DNA of 44,736 nt, from the IMG/VR virus record IMGVR_UViG_3300036783_000226, positions 1 through 44,736 of that record; one strand, written 5' to 3'. Numbering within the stretch: the stretch's first letter is position 1; each line of letters begins with the position of its first letter. Both the position numbers and the translations under genes were made by a program. The stretch comes from a virus. Its lineage: Duplodnaviria; Caudoviricetes. Below the pieces are notes generated by a model. The model saw only the letters and a list, made by a program, of their open reading frames with translations, had not been told where the DNA came from and made no database searches. Shown here one piece after another: positions 35,444 to 43,169 of the stretch.

Positions 35444-35800
35444 ATGGCCGTCACCCTAGACCAGGTGCTGGCCGCGCTCGATGGCGTTCATTCCAAGCTG
35501 GACCTGCTGGCCGGGGCCGTGGCCACGGGCAACAGCAAGCTCGACACCCTGCTACCGGAGATGAGGCTCATCATGTCGCTCCAGGACGACCTGGCCGCCG
35601 CCACCGCCACCCTCCAGGAAGAGACCGCCTCGCTGCTGGACTCCCAGGCCAAGCTCGCGGCGGTGCTGGACCAGATGAAGGCGGCGAACGTGGACCCGGC
35701 CATCGTGGCCGCGTTTGACGACGCGCTGGGCCAGCACAAGAGCGCCGTGGACAACATCAGCCTGCTGGCCAACCCCGCGCCGCCGCCGGCCGGGGGCTGA
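35444..35800 (+). CDS. Coiled-coil protein
   Basis: AAGGAGG RBS; heptad pattern. Confidence 0.75.
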   Translation: MAVTLDQVLAALDGVHSKLDLLAGAVATGNSKLDTLLPEMRLIMSLQDDLAAATATLQEETASLLDSQAKLAAVLDQMKAANVDPAIVAAFDDALGQHKSAVDNISLLANPAPPPAGG

Positions 35801-36374
35801 CCTGCTGCGGGAGTGGGGCGCAGAGCTGTGGCGGGGCTGGCACAAGTGGATCACCCTGGCCGGGGCGGCGGTGATGGTGGCCGCGCTGGCGACCGCCGGG
35901 GCGACGTGGGTCGATCGGACCGCCGGCTACCCGCCGGCGGGTACGCGGCCGGCCCCCGCTGGCCCCGCCAAGCAGGCGGGCCCCCGGTCTTCCCCGGGCC
36001 GGCCACGTCCCGCGGCGAGCCTAACCCCCGCCCCGGTCCCGTCCTCGTATCCGGCGGCGGTGCCCGGCCCCGTGTCGTCGGCGGTGGTGACCACCCCCGC
36101 GTCCCCGCCCGTCCCGCCGGCCGCCACGTCCGCCACGACCGCCAGCTCGCCGGCCAGCAGCCCGCCCAGCACGACCCCGCCGCCGCCCAGCCCGCCGCCC
36201 AGCAGCCCGCCGCCCAGCAGCCCGCCGCCCAGCAGCCCGGAACCGGTCAGCAGCAGCCCGGCGCCGACGCCCACCACCCCCGCGCCCGCCAGCACGCCCG
36301 CACCGGCGCCCAGCACGCCCGCCCCGGCGCCCACCGCCAGCGGCGGCGAGACAGGCACCACCACCGCCCCCTGA
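35790..36374 (+). CDS. Membrane-anchored Pro/Ser/Thr-rich protein (start codon unclear)
   Basis: TM segment then low-complexity tail. Confidence 0.5.
   Translation, partial: PGADLLREWGAELWRGWHKWITLAGAAVMVAALATAGATWVDRTAGYPPAGTRPAPAGPAKQAGPRSSPGRPRPAASLTPAPVPSSYPAAVPGPVSSAVVTTPASPPVPPAATSATTASSPASSPPSTTPPPPSPPPSSPPPSSPPPSSPEPVSSSPAPTPTTPAPASTPAPAPSTPAPAPTASGGETGTTTAP
36189..36233 (+). repeat. 15-bp tandem repeat AGCCCGCCGCCCAGC x3 (SPPPS)
   Basis: Direct reading. Confidence 0.85.
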
Positions 36375-36390
36375 CCCGGCGAGGCCCCCG

Positions 36391-36951
36391 ATGACCGAGG
36401 CGTTCACCTGGGACGACCTGGGCCGGTACAAAGCCCACGGCGGCTTCCCCGAGGGCTACCCCGGCGACACCCGCACCTTCTACGCGCCCCGCGACAACGT
36501 GGCCGGGCTGCTCGCCGCGCTGCTGGAGTCGGCCCGGTCCTCGATCGTGCTGAACATGTACGGCTACGCCGACCCCGGCCTGGACGGCATCATCCGCGCC
36601 AAGCTGGCCGACGAGCTGGTCTACGTGCAGATGAGCCTGGACAAGTCCCAGGCCGCCGGCAAGACCGAGCGGGACATCCTCGCCGCGTGGGACAACCAGG
36701 CGTTCGGCAACTCGATCGCCGTCGGCACCTCCAGCTCGCACAACGCGATCAGCCACCTGAAGGTCGTGGTGGTGGACGGGCTCTACACCGGCAAGGGCTC
36801 CACCAACTGGTCCGTCAGCGGCCAGTCGCAGCAGGACAACGAGTTCACGCTGTCCCGCAACCCCTACATCGCGATTGAGGCCCGGACGATCATGGACCTC
36901 AACCATGACTTCATGCTGAAGCAGATGGCCCGCAGCCGGGCCCGGCCCTAA
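36391..36951 (+). CDS. Single-HKD phospholipase D-family protein (Nuc-like endonuclease)
   Basis: HLKVVVVD...GSTNWS...QDNE. Confidence 0.85.
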   Translation: MTEAFTWDDLGRYKAHGGFPEGYPGDTRTFYAPRDNVAGLLAALLESARSSIVLNMYGYADPGLDGIIRAKLADELVYVQMSLDKSQAAGKTERDILAAWDNQAFGNSIAVGTSSSHNAISHLKVVVVDGLYTGKGSTNWSVSGQSQQDNEFTLSRNPYIAIEARTIMDLNHDFMLKQMARSRARP

Positions 36952-37142
36952 CGGGTGAACACGGAGGCGGGCAGGTGCTCCCAGCCGCCGGGCACCGGCC
37001 ACCACTCCAGCGGGCAGGCCAGGGTCTGGGCCAGCGTGGTGGCGGCCTTGCCGGTGCAGCGGCACCGGGCCGGCTTGTCCAGCCGCGCCGACGGGCACGC
37101 TGCAAGGAGTGACGGGGCGGGTACGGTGAGTGCCTGTTGCAT
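36948..37142 (-). CDS. Cys-rich microprotein (leaderless)
   Basis: TACGGT 8 nt before ATG; CTAA stop overlap with PLD gene. Confidence 0.5.
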   Translation of the reverse strand: MQQALTVPAPSLLAACPSARLDKPARCRCTGKAATTLAQTLACPLEWWPVPGGWEHLPASVFTR

Positions 37143-37258
37143 AGCGGCCCACCGTAGTCCCCGACCCGCCGACCGTCAAGAACACCCCGCCGACGGCACT
37201 CCGATCACCGCTCCCGGCCGGACGCGGGGGCCGTGGACGATCCGGTGGGGTCGGCCGG

Positions 37259-37492
37259 TCACTGCGGCTCGGGGCAGACACAGCCGGGCCCGTGCACCCG
37301 CACCCCGATCGGCGCCGTGTAGCAGGCGGGCAGGTCCGGCACCACGTCGGTCACGTCGCGCGGGGTGGCCAGCTCGGCGTGCGGCCAATAGCGGGAGGCC
37401 AGGTTGTCGTCAAAGGACGCGCCGCACGGGCAGCACGGGTCGCCGTAGCGGGAGATCAGCGCCGGATCTGACCCGTTGCAGTGGCGCCTCAC
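37259..37492 (-). CDS. Cys-rich microprotein (leaderless)
   Basis: TATCCT 6 nt before GTG. Confidence 0.55.
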   Translation of the reverse strand: MRRHCNGSDPALISRYGDPCCPCGASFDDNLASRYWPHAELATPRDVTDVVPDLPACYTAPIGVRVHGPGCVCPEPQ

Positions 37493-37531
37493 CCGGCCAG
37501 GATAGGGGCGTGGCGGAGTAGCGTGGCCGGC

Positions 37532-37813
37532 GTGGACACCGCGCCGTCCGTGCTGGACATGCTCAACATCGCCGGCGCGTTCGCCCCCCGGGTGCGCCGC
37601 GCCGACCTGCTCACCCGCGCGGGCAACGCCGCCGCGACCGTCGCCCGCTCCGGCGCCGGCGGCCGGTTCTGCCTGATCTGCGGCGAGCGGGCCCGCCGCG
37701 CCACCACCGCCACCCGCCGCGACGGCCCGGCCCGCGCGGTCTGGATCGACCTGTGCCGGGAGCACTACTGGCAGCTGGTGGACGAGCTGGCCGTCCACGG
37801 CGCGTTGCCGTGA
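37532..37813 (+). CDS. Small zinc-finger protein (leaderless)
   Basis: CLICG...DLCREH; TAGCGT 7 nt before GTG. Confidence 0.65.
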   Translation: MDTAPSVLDMLNIAGAFAPRVRRADLLTRAGNAAATVARSGAGGRFCLICGERARRATTATRRDGPARAVWIDLCREHYWQLVDELAVHGALP

Positions 37814-37816
37814 CGC

Positions 37817-37845
37817 TTGCATCACATAACGCACCCATGTACCGT
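37817..37845 (+). promoter_or_regulatory. Sigma70-type promoter TTGCAT-N17-TACCGT
   Basis: Canonical spacing upstream of the XRE gene. Confidence 0.6.
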
Positions 37846-37884
37846 GACCGGGACCTGACCGCGCACGGAAGGTAACCCAGCGTC

Positions 37885-38763
37885 ATGGCCGATACTGCCG
37901 GTAACCCGTGGACCGCCCGCACCCCGTTCGCAGACCCGCGCATCGGCGCGTTCTTCGCCGCCCAGCGTGAAGCCCGCGGCTGGAGCGGCGCGCAGGTCGC
38001 CGCCGAGCTGAAGTGGTCCCCGTCCAAGGTCTGCCGGATCGAGGGCGCCCGCACCAGCGTCACGGCCCGCAACCTGGACCTGCTGATCGCCCTGTACGGC
38101 GTGGGCGAGCCGGCCGCCACCACGCTGCGCGGCCTGCTGACCGCCGGCGCCGCCCGCCGGTTCGCCGCCAGCAAGGCCGTCGTCTCCGGCGACGACGAGA
38201 CCGACCTGCTGGCCGGCGGGGACCTGGCCGCCGTGGTGCGCGAGTGGGCCCCGCAGTACGTGCCCCGGCTGCTCCAGACCCCCGCCTACGCCCAGGCCAT
38301 CGCCAACTCCCGCCAGCAGGTCATCCCGACCTCCCCGGCCACCGCCCGCGCCCAGGCCGCCGCCGCCGCCCGCTGGCAGGCCCGCCTCACCGGCGACGCG
38401 CCGTGCCAGCTCCGCGCGGTGCTGGACGAGTCGGTGCTGTACCGGGCCGTGGGCGGCAAGCACCTGATGGCCGCCCAGCTCGAGCACCTGGCCGCGCCCG
38501 GCGGCGGCGACGTGGAGGTGCGGGTGCTGCCGTTCACCTGCTACGCCCCGTCGGCGCCGGGCGCGTTCACCCACCTGTCCTACCCGGAGCTGCCGGGGCT
38601 GACGGCCTGCCCGGACCTGGTGCTGCTGGAGAACCTGGACGGCCTGTACCGGCCGGACCTGTCCGAGAACGAGGTGTGGAAGCGGGCGCTGATGTTCGGC
38701 AGCCTGTGGGAGCTGGCCGAGCCGGCCGGGGGCCCGGTGGCCCGCGCGCTGGCCGCGCCGTGA
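37885..38763 (+). CDS. XRE-family HTH regulator with DUF5753-like domain (WhiJ/Scr1-like)
   Basis: REARGWSGAQVAAELKWSPSKVCRIEG; VPRLLQTPAYA; AVLDESVLYRAVGG...MAAQLEHL; VRVLPF. Confidence 0.9.
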   Translation: MADTAGNPWTARTPFADPRIGAFFAAQREARGWSGAQVAAELKWSPSKVCRIEGARTSVTARNLDLLIALYGVGEPAATTLRGLLTAGAARRFAASKAVVSGDDETDLLAGGDLAAVVREWAPQYVPRLLQTPAYAQAIANSRQQVIPTSPATARAQAAAAARWQARLTGDAPCQLRAVLDESVLYRAVGGKHLMAAQLEHLAAPGGGDVEVRVLPFTCYAPSAPGAFTHLSYPELPGLTACPDLVLLENLDGLYRPDLSENEVWKRALMFGSLWELAEPAGGPVARALAAP

Positions 38764-38859
38764 CGGCGCCCCGCTGGTGGTCACGGCGGGTAGTTGGGTC
38801 TTTACAAACGTTCCGTCTCCGTGTGAGGGTGGCCGGGAGCGCCCAAGGAGGCACATCCT

Positions 38860-39009
38860 ATGCATAACGTCGCGTTCTACTACCGCGGTGCAGCATTCAT
38901 CGCCGAAGGCGGCCTGTCGTCCGCTGCTATCCTCGCGGTCCCCGTCCTCGGCGGCGCGCTGATGTACCTCCAGCGCCGCCGGAACGCGCGGCCGGACGAC
39001 CGCGACTAG
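38860..39009 (+). CDS. 49-aa membrane microprotein (not in ORF track)
   Basis: AAGGAGG RBS; MHNVAFYY...TM...RRRNAR; CTAG stop overlap with convergent gene. Confidence 0.6.
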   Translation: MHNVAFYYRGAAFIAEGGLSSAAILAVPVLGGALMYLQRRRNARPDDRD

Positions 39010-39470
39010 GCCCCCAGCCCGAGCGCGGCCAGGTCCAGGCCGTGGTCGGTGACCCGGTACAGGTCCGCGCCGGGCCCGTGCTCGGGGAAGTAGGGCCGCT
39101 GCCCGCCGATGGCGAACGCCTCGCACATCTCGTGGATCTCGACCGCGTGGATGCAGCGCAGCAGCCAGGCGTGCCACGGCGGGTGCGCGTCCGGCCAGGG
39201 CGCGGAAAACCAGTGGCCGACCCGGACCCGCTGGCCCGGGTCGAGCGAGTTCACGGTGTCCAGGCAGATCAGCAGCCGCACCGGCCACCCGTCGATCATC
39301 ACCGGCACGGCCACCGTCCCGCCGCTGCTCACCGGGGCGCCGGGCAGGTCGCCGCTGATCGCGGCGCACCCGCCGGCCCCGGACGTGGGCCCGTAGTGCA
39401 GGGCGAACGTCCAGCCCGGCTTGTACCGCAGCAGCGGCACCATCGCCGCGAGCTCGCCGTAGCCGCTCAT
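39006..39470 (-). CDS. Phage protein with HExxE motif
   Basis: LRYKPGW...VEIHEMCEAF...PEHGPG; TGATG coupling. Confidence 0.7.
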   Translation of the reverse strand: MSGYGELAAMVPLLRYKPGWTFALHYGPTSGAGGCAAISGDLPGAPVSSGGTVAVPVMIDGWPVRLLICLDTVNSLDPGQRVRVGHWFSAPWPDAHPPWHAWLLRCIHAVEIHEMCEAFAIGGQRPYFPEHGPGADLYRVTDHGLDLAALGLGA

Positions 39471-39895
39471 CAGGCGAGGGTCCAGCAGTACGGCACCGGG
39501 CAGCCCCGGCACGACTCGCCGTGCTCGCAGCCGACGCGGGGCTGCCGCCGGTAGATGGCATACGAGCCGCCCGGCCCGGTGTCGGCCATCGGGATCACCA
39601 CCGCCCGCCGCAGTGGCCCGGCCGCGAACAGCACCCCGGGCGGCTGGCCGTACACGCCCGGGTCCAGCCATTCGTGCCAGCCGTCCACCGGGCCGCCGAT
39701 CAGCGCGCAGTGCCACCACGACCCGCCGGCCGGGTCCAGCGTCGGCCGGCCGTGCCGCAGCGCGAAGGCGTTGAGGCTCGCCAGGGATTCGGGCCGGCTG
39801 GTCATCTGCACCGGGTAGGCGGTGACCAGGACGCCGTCCGGCCCGGCCAGCACCCACCGCTGCCCGGCCACGTCGAGTGTCCACCCGTGCTCCAT
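39470..39895 (-). CDS. Hypothetical protein
   Basis: LIGGPVDG motif; TGATG coupling. Confidence 0.65.
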   Translation of the reverse strand: MEHGWTLDVAGQRWVLAGPDGVLVTAYPVQMTSRPESLASLNAFALRHGRPTLDPAGGSWWHCALIGGPVDGWHEWLDPGVYGQPPGVLFAAGPLRRAVVIPMADTGPGGSYAIYRRQPRVGCEHGESCRGCPVPYCWTLA

Positions 39896-40056
39896 CACGG
39901 CTCACCCTCGCGGTCGCCGGGCGGGATGATGACCGGCACGTCGTCGTCACCGGGCCGGCGGATGTGCCAGTGCCAGATGGCGGCTGTCTCGCCGGCCGGC
40001 ACCCAGCCGCGCTCGGGGTCCCAGACGTACAGCTTGGCCGGGCCGTAGGTGATCAT
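39895..40056 (-). CDS. 53-aa hypothetical protein (not in ORF track)
   Basis: Hand translation MITYGPAKLYVWDPERGW...; coupled at both ends. Confidence 0.55.
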   Translation of the reverse strand: MITYGPAKLYVWDPERGWVPAGETAAIWHWHIRRPGDDDVPVIIPPGDREGEP

Positions 40057-40661
40057 GGGCCGCACGGGTCGCCGTCCATGCCCCGGCCGCGACTACGGGA
40101 GTCACCGTAGTCAACCGGCTCAGAGCCCGGCGGCAGGCCCGACCCGGCGCCCAGCTCCCACGCCGGGTCTTCGCCCAGGTCGTCGGCCGTGACGATCCAC
40201 CGGCACTGCTCGCACCCGCCCATGCCGACGGCCAGGGCCCGGGTGCACGCGGACATGTTGTGCTGGAGGACGGTGCCGAACCGGTAGTCGCTGCGGCAGT
40301 CCGGCCTGCACAGGTCCACCGGCGCGTCGTAGATCAGCGCGCGCACGTCACCGATCACGTCAGCGTCCGGGCTCGCCCACGGCGTCACGGTGACCGCCGT
40401 CGCGGGCAGCTCGCCTTCCGCGTGCAGGTGGAGCACCTGCCCCGGCCGCATCTCGTCCTCGTCATCATCGAGCGGGGTATCGACCTGCGCCGGCCCGCCG
40501 GAGGTGACGGTGAACGTCTGCCCGGCCGGATACCCCTGGTCGCAGGCCGGCGCCGGCGGCGGGCCGGTGAAGAGCGCGACCTTAGCCTGGCTGGCCCGGC
40601 TGCTGCCAGCCATCGCCGCCATCAGGGCCCCCATGAACGCCCCCAGCTGCGTGTTCGCCAT
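40053..40661 (-). CDS. Hypothetical protein (leaderless)
   Basis: TAGGAT 6 nt before ATG. Confidence 0.6.
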   Translation of the reverse strand: MANTQLGAFMGALMAAMAGSSRASQAKVALFTGPPPAPACDQGYPAGQTFTVTSGGPAQVDTPLDDDEDEMRPGQVLHLHAEGELPATAVTVTPWASPDADVIGDVRALIYDAPVDLCRPDCRSDYRFGTVLQHNMSACTRALAVGMGGCEQCRWIVTADDLGEDPAWELGAGSGLPPGSEPVDYGDSRSRGRGMDGDPCGP

Positions 40662-41106
40662 GTGCCGATCCTAGACCGGGCGGCGGCCGGCGCAGGGTCA
40701 TAACGCCCCAGGTGAACAGGCCGGCCTCGCCCATCGCGATAGCCCAGGAGATCAGGAGCGGCGGGTAGGTGCCGGTGGTGTAGGCCAGCACCCACCACGC
40801 GGACAGCAGCACGCCGAGCAGGGTGAGCGCGGTGAAGACGCGGCACCGGGCCCGCGACGCGGCCAGCAGCACCGCCAGCTCCGGCGCCGCGGTGAACGGG
40901 GCGGGCTGCCTCGGCGCGGCGCCCGTGATCCACACCGGGCCGGCCGGGCAGCCGTAGGTCAGCCCCGGGTCATCCAGGCTCAGCCCTTGCCAGATGCGCC
41001 GGGCCTGCCCGCACCCGGCGCACCGCACCGCCACCCGGCCCCACTGCGGCCACGGGCCGTCGAGGGCCGGGTCGTACCCGCCGGTCACCTGCCAGTCGTG
41101 CCGCAC
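40582..41106 (-). CDS. Membrane protein with N-terminal CxxC (leaderless)
   Basis: TACGCT 6 nt before GTG; two TM segments. Confidence 0.55.
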   Translation of the reverse strand: MRHDWQVTGGYDPALDGPWPQWGRVAVRCAGCGQARRIWQGLSLDDPGLTYGCPAGPVWITGAAPRQPAPFTAAPELAVLLAASRARCRVFTALTLLGVLLSAWWVLAYTTGTYPPLLISWAIAMGEAGLFTWGVMTLRRPPPGLGSAHGEHAAGGVHGGPDGGDGWQQPGQPG

Positions 41107-41133
41107 CCCGCCAGCGTAACCGTGGAGGCCCCG

Positions 41134-41457
41134 GTGGACCTGTCCAGCGCCGTCCTGCTCAACGCCTACACCGACTGGGAGTGCCCGGCGTGCGGCTACG
41201 AGGAGCGGACCCGGCCGGTGCCCAACCGGTTCCACGTCTGCCCCCGGCTGCACTACATCACCGCCCCCCTCGTCCGCGCCGGGACCGACTGCAAGCTCGT
41301 CGCCACCGAACGCCAGGACTACCTCGGCCGCGAGGTGCAGGAGACCGGCGACGACGGCCGGCCCTACATGAACGTCCTGACCATCCGCGCCGACGGGTCC
41401 AACGACTGCGCGGTTCACGCCCCGGTTGCCCGCGCCAGCCTCCGCCTTGACGACTGA
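41134..41457 (+). CDS. Phage zinc-ribbon-like protein at head of structural block
   Basis: WECPAC...RFHVCP...DGSNDCAV; GGAGG RBS. Confidence 0.7.
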   Translation: MDLSSAVLLNAYTDWECPACGYEERTRPVPNRFHVCPRLHYITAPLVRAGTDCKLVATERQDYLGREVQETGDDGRPYMNVLTIRADGSNDCAVHAPVARASLRLDD

Positions 41458-41469
41458 ACGGAGCCCGTC

Positions 41470-41832
41470 ATGCCCGAGCCCGCAGGAGGCGCAGCATCCG
41501 CGCCTGACCCGCAGGTAGTCACCGTGCCCGGCTGGGCACAGGAACTGCTCGACGCCGGCATCGACCCGGAGATGGTCAACGCCGCGGTCGAACGCGAAAA
41601 GGCCGACGCGGCCGGCCCGCCGCCGACGTCGGAGCAGCGCGCCGCCGCCGCGGCCGCGCTGCGCGAGCAGGCCCAGGCCGACTACGACGCGACCATGGCC
41701 GCCGCGCAGCACACCCGCGACCACGCCGACAGCCTGCGGGAGGCCGCACTGGCGGCCGAGGACAAAGCCGAAGCCGACAAGCAGGCCACGCTAGCCCAGG
41801 CCGACGAGATCGACGCGGGCGGGGTGGGCTGA
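41470..41832 (+). CDS. Ala-rich helical protein
   Basis: RBS variant GACTGAACGGAG. Confidence 0.7.
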   Translation: MPEPAGGAASAPDPQVVTVPGWAQELLDAGIDPEMVNAAVEREKADAAGPPPTSEQRAAAAAALREQAQADYDATMAAAQHTRDHADSLREAALAAEDKAEADKQATLAQADEIDAGGVG

Positions 41833-41835
41833 CCG

Positions 41836-42330
41836 ATGGCGTTCGGGGCGAGCAGCAAAATCTTCCGGCAGTGGATCGCGGACTCCCTCGCGCCCACCGC
41901 CTCGTTCGTGGGCAAGTGGAACAGCACCGACGTCTACAAGTGCGCGCTGATGAACAACACCGGCACGCCGGACAACACGGTCACCGCCGCGCTGTCCGCC
42001 TACAACACCGGCCAGTGGACCGCCGCCACAAACGAGGTCGTCGATGTGACCAACTGGACGGCGGGCGGCCGGGCGGTCACCGGCACCGGCTCCGGCGGCG
42101 GCTACACCTCCACCTCGAACCTGATCACCTTCGACGGGGCGGACACCGCCGGCGGCGGGAACGTGTCCCTGGCGAACGTGTACGGGGACCTCCTGTATGA
42201 CTCCACCCTCGCCACTCCCGTGGCTAACCAGGGCGCCGCCTATCACAGCTATGGCGGCCCGCAACAGGTGACCGCCGGGACCTTCACGGTGATCTGGAAT
42301 GTCAACGGGCTCATGCAGCTCACGTTCTAA
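41836..42330 (+). CDS. Probable virion structural protein (minor tail/head-fibre connector type)
   Basis: Gly/Thr-rich beta pattern: YKCAL...NEV...TFDGAD...LLYDST...GTFTVIW. Confidence 0.7.
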   Translation: MAFGASSKIFRQWIADSLAPTASFVGKWNSTDVYKCALMNNTGTPDNTVTAALSAYNTGQWTAATNEVVDVTNWTAGGRAVTGTGSGGGYTSTSNLITFDGADTAGGGNVSLANVYGDLLYDSTLATPVANQGAAYHSYGGPQQVTAGTFTVIWNVNGLMQLTF

Positions 42331-42364
42331 GGCCCGCGCGAGCCTGAGAGGGGGGTGACCGGCC

Positions 42365-42964
42365 GTGCCCGAGCAGGACTGGGTTTCCACCTTCCCGCAG
42401 AGCGACCAGCCCGGGTTCGTCGGGCCTGGTACGGCCCTCAGCACGGCTACCACCGCGACGATCAGCCCGATGCCGACCGGCGCGACCGCCGACTACAACA
42501 AGTACGTCGCCGCGCAGGACTGGCGAGTCGGCCAGCTTATCGAGGTCACCGCCCGCGGGTTCATCACCACCACCGCGACGGGCACCACCGCGACGTGGTT
42601 CCTGGCCACCAACATCGACAACACGGGCACCACCTACGTGACGCTCGCGACCACCGCCGGCATCGCCACGCTGGCCTCGGCGGTGACCGGGCTCCAGTGG
42701 GAGATGTGGGCGACCATCCGGTGCACCAACGTGGCCAGCTCGGGCAACACCCTAGCGACCCAGGGGTCGATGAAGATCGCCACGTCGGCCGCCCCGACCA
42801 TGGTCACCCCGTCCGGGCTGATCGTCGGCCTGCCGAACGCCTCCGGTGAGACCAACGCGGCGGTGAACACGCTGCGGACCCAGGGCATCGCGCTGCGGGC
42901 GACGCTGGCCGCCGCGACCGCGACGATCCAGTGCACCCAGTGGGTCCTCAAGACGCTGAACTGA
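42365..42964 (+). CDS. Probable virion structural protein, Thr/Ala-rich beta fold
   Basis: Composition and position. Confidence 0.65.
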   Translation: MPEQDWVSTFPQSDQPGFVGPGTALSTATTATISPMPTGATADYNKYVAAQDWRVGQLIEVTARGFITTTATGTTATWFLATNIDNTGTTYVTLATTAGIATLASAVTGLQWEMWATIRCTNVASSGNTLATQGSMKIATSAAPTMVTPSGLIVGLPNASGETNAAVNTLRTQGIALRATLAAATATIQCTQWVLKTLN

Positions 42965-42973
42965 GCCGGGACG

Positions 42974-43123
42974 ATGAAGCCTGACCTCGTGAACCTGCTG
43001 GGCCTGCCCGCCGTTATCGCCGTGGTCCTGGCGGTGATCCTGGCGGCCAGCGCCGGGCGCCCCCCGGCGGCCTGTCTCTACCAGCCCTACCCCTGCCCCG
43101 TCCCGTACGCCTCGGTGCGGTAG
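42974..43123 (+). CDS. 49-aa membrane/secreted microprotein (not in ORF track)
   Basis: MKPDLVNLLGLPAVIAVVLAVILAAS... Confidence 0.4.
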   Translation: MKPDLVNLLGLPAVIAVVLAVILAASAGRPPAACLYQPYPCPVPYASVR

Positions 43124-43169
43124 GGCGATCACGACGAGGGGAGCCGCCCGCGAGGGAGGGTGAGGCCGC

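Noticed and set aside
36189-36233. Tandem repeats as a possible CRISPR array
   Set aside because: No spacers; in-frame Ser/Pro coding repeats. No CRISPR array or cas gene seen anywhere in the window
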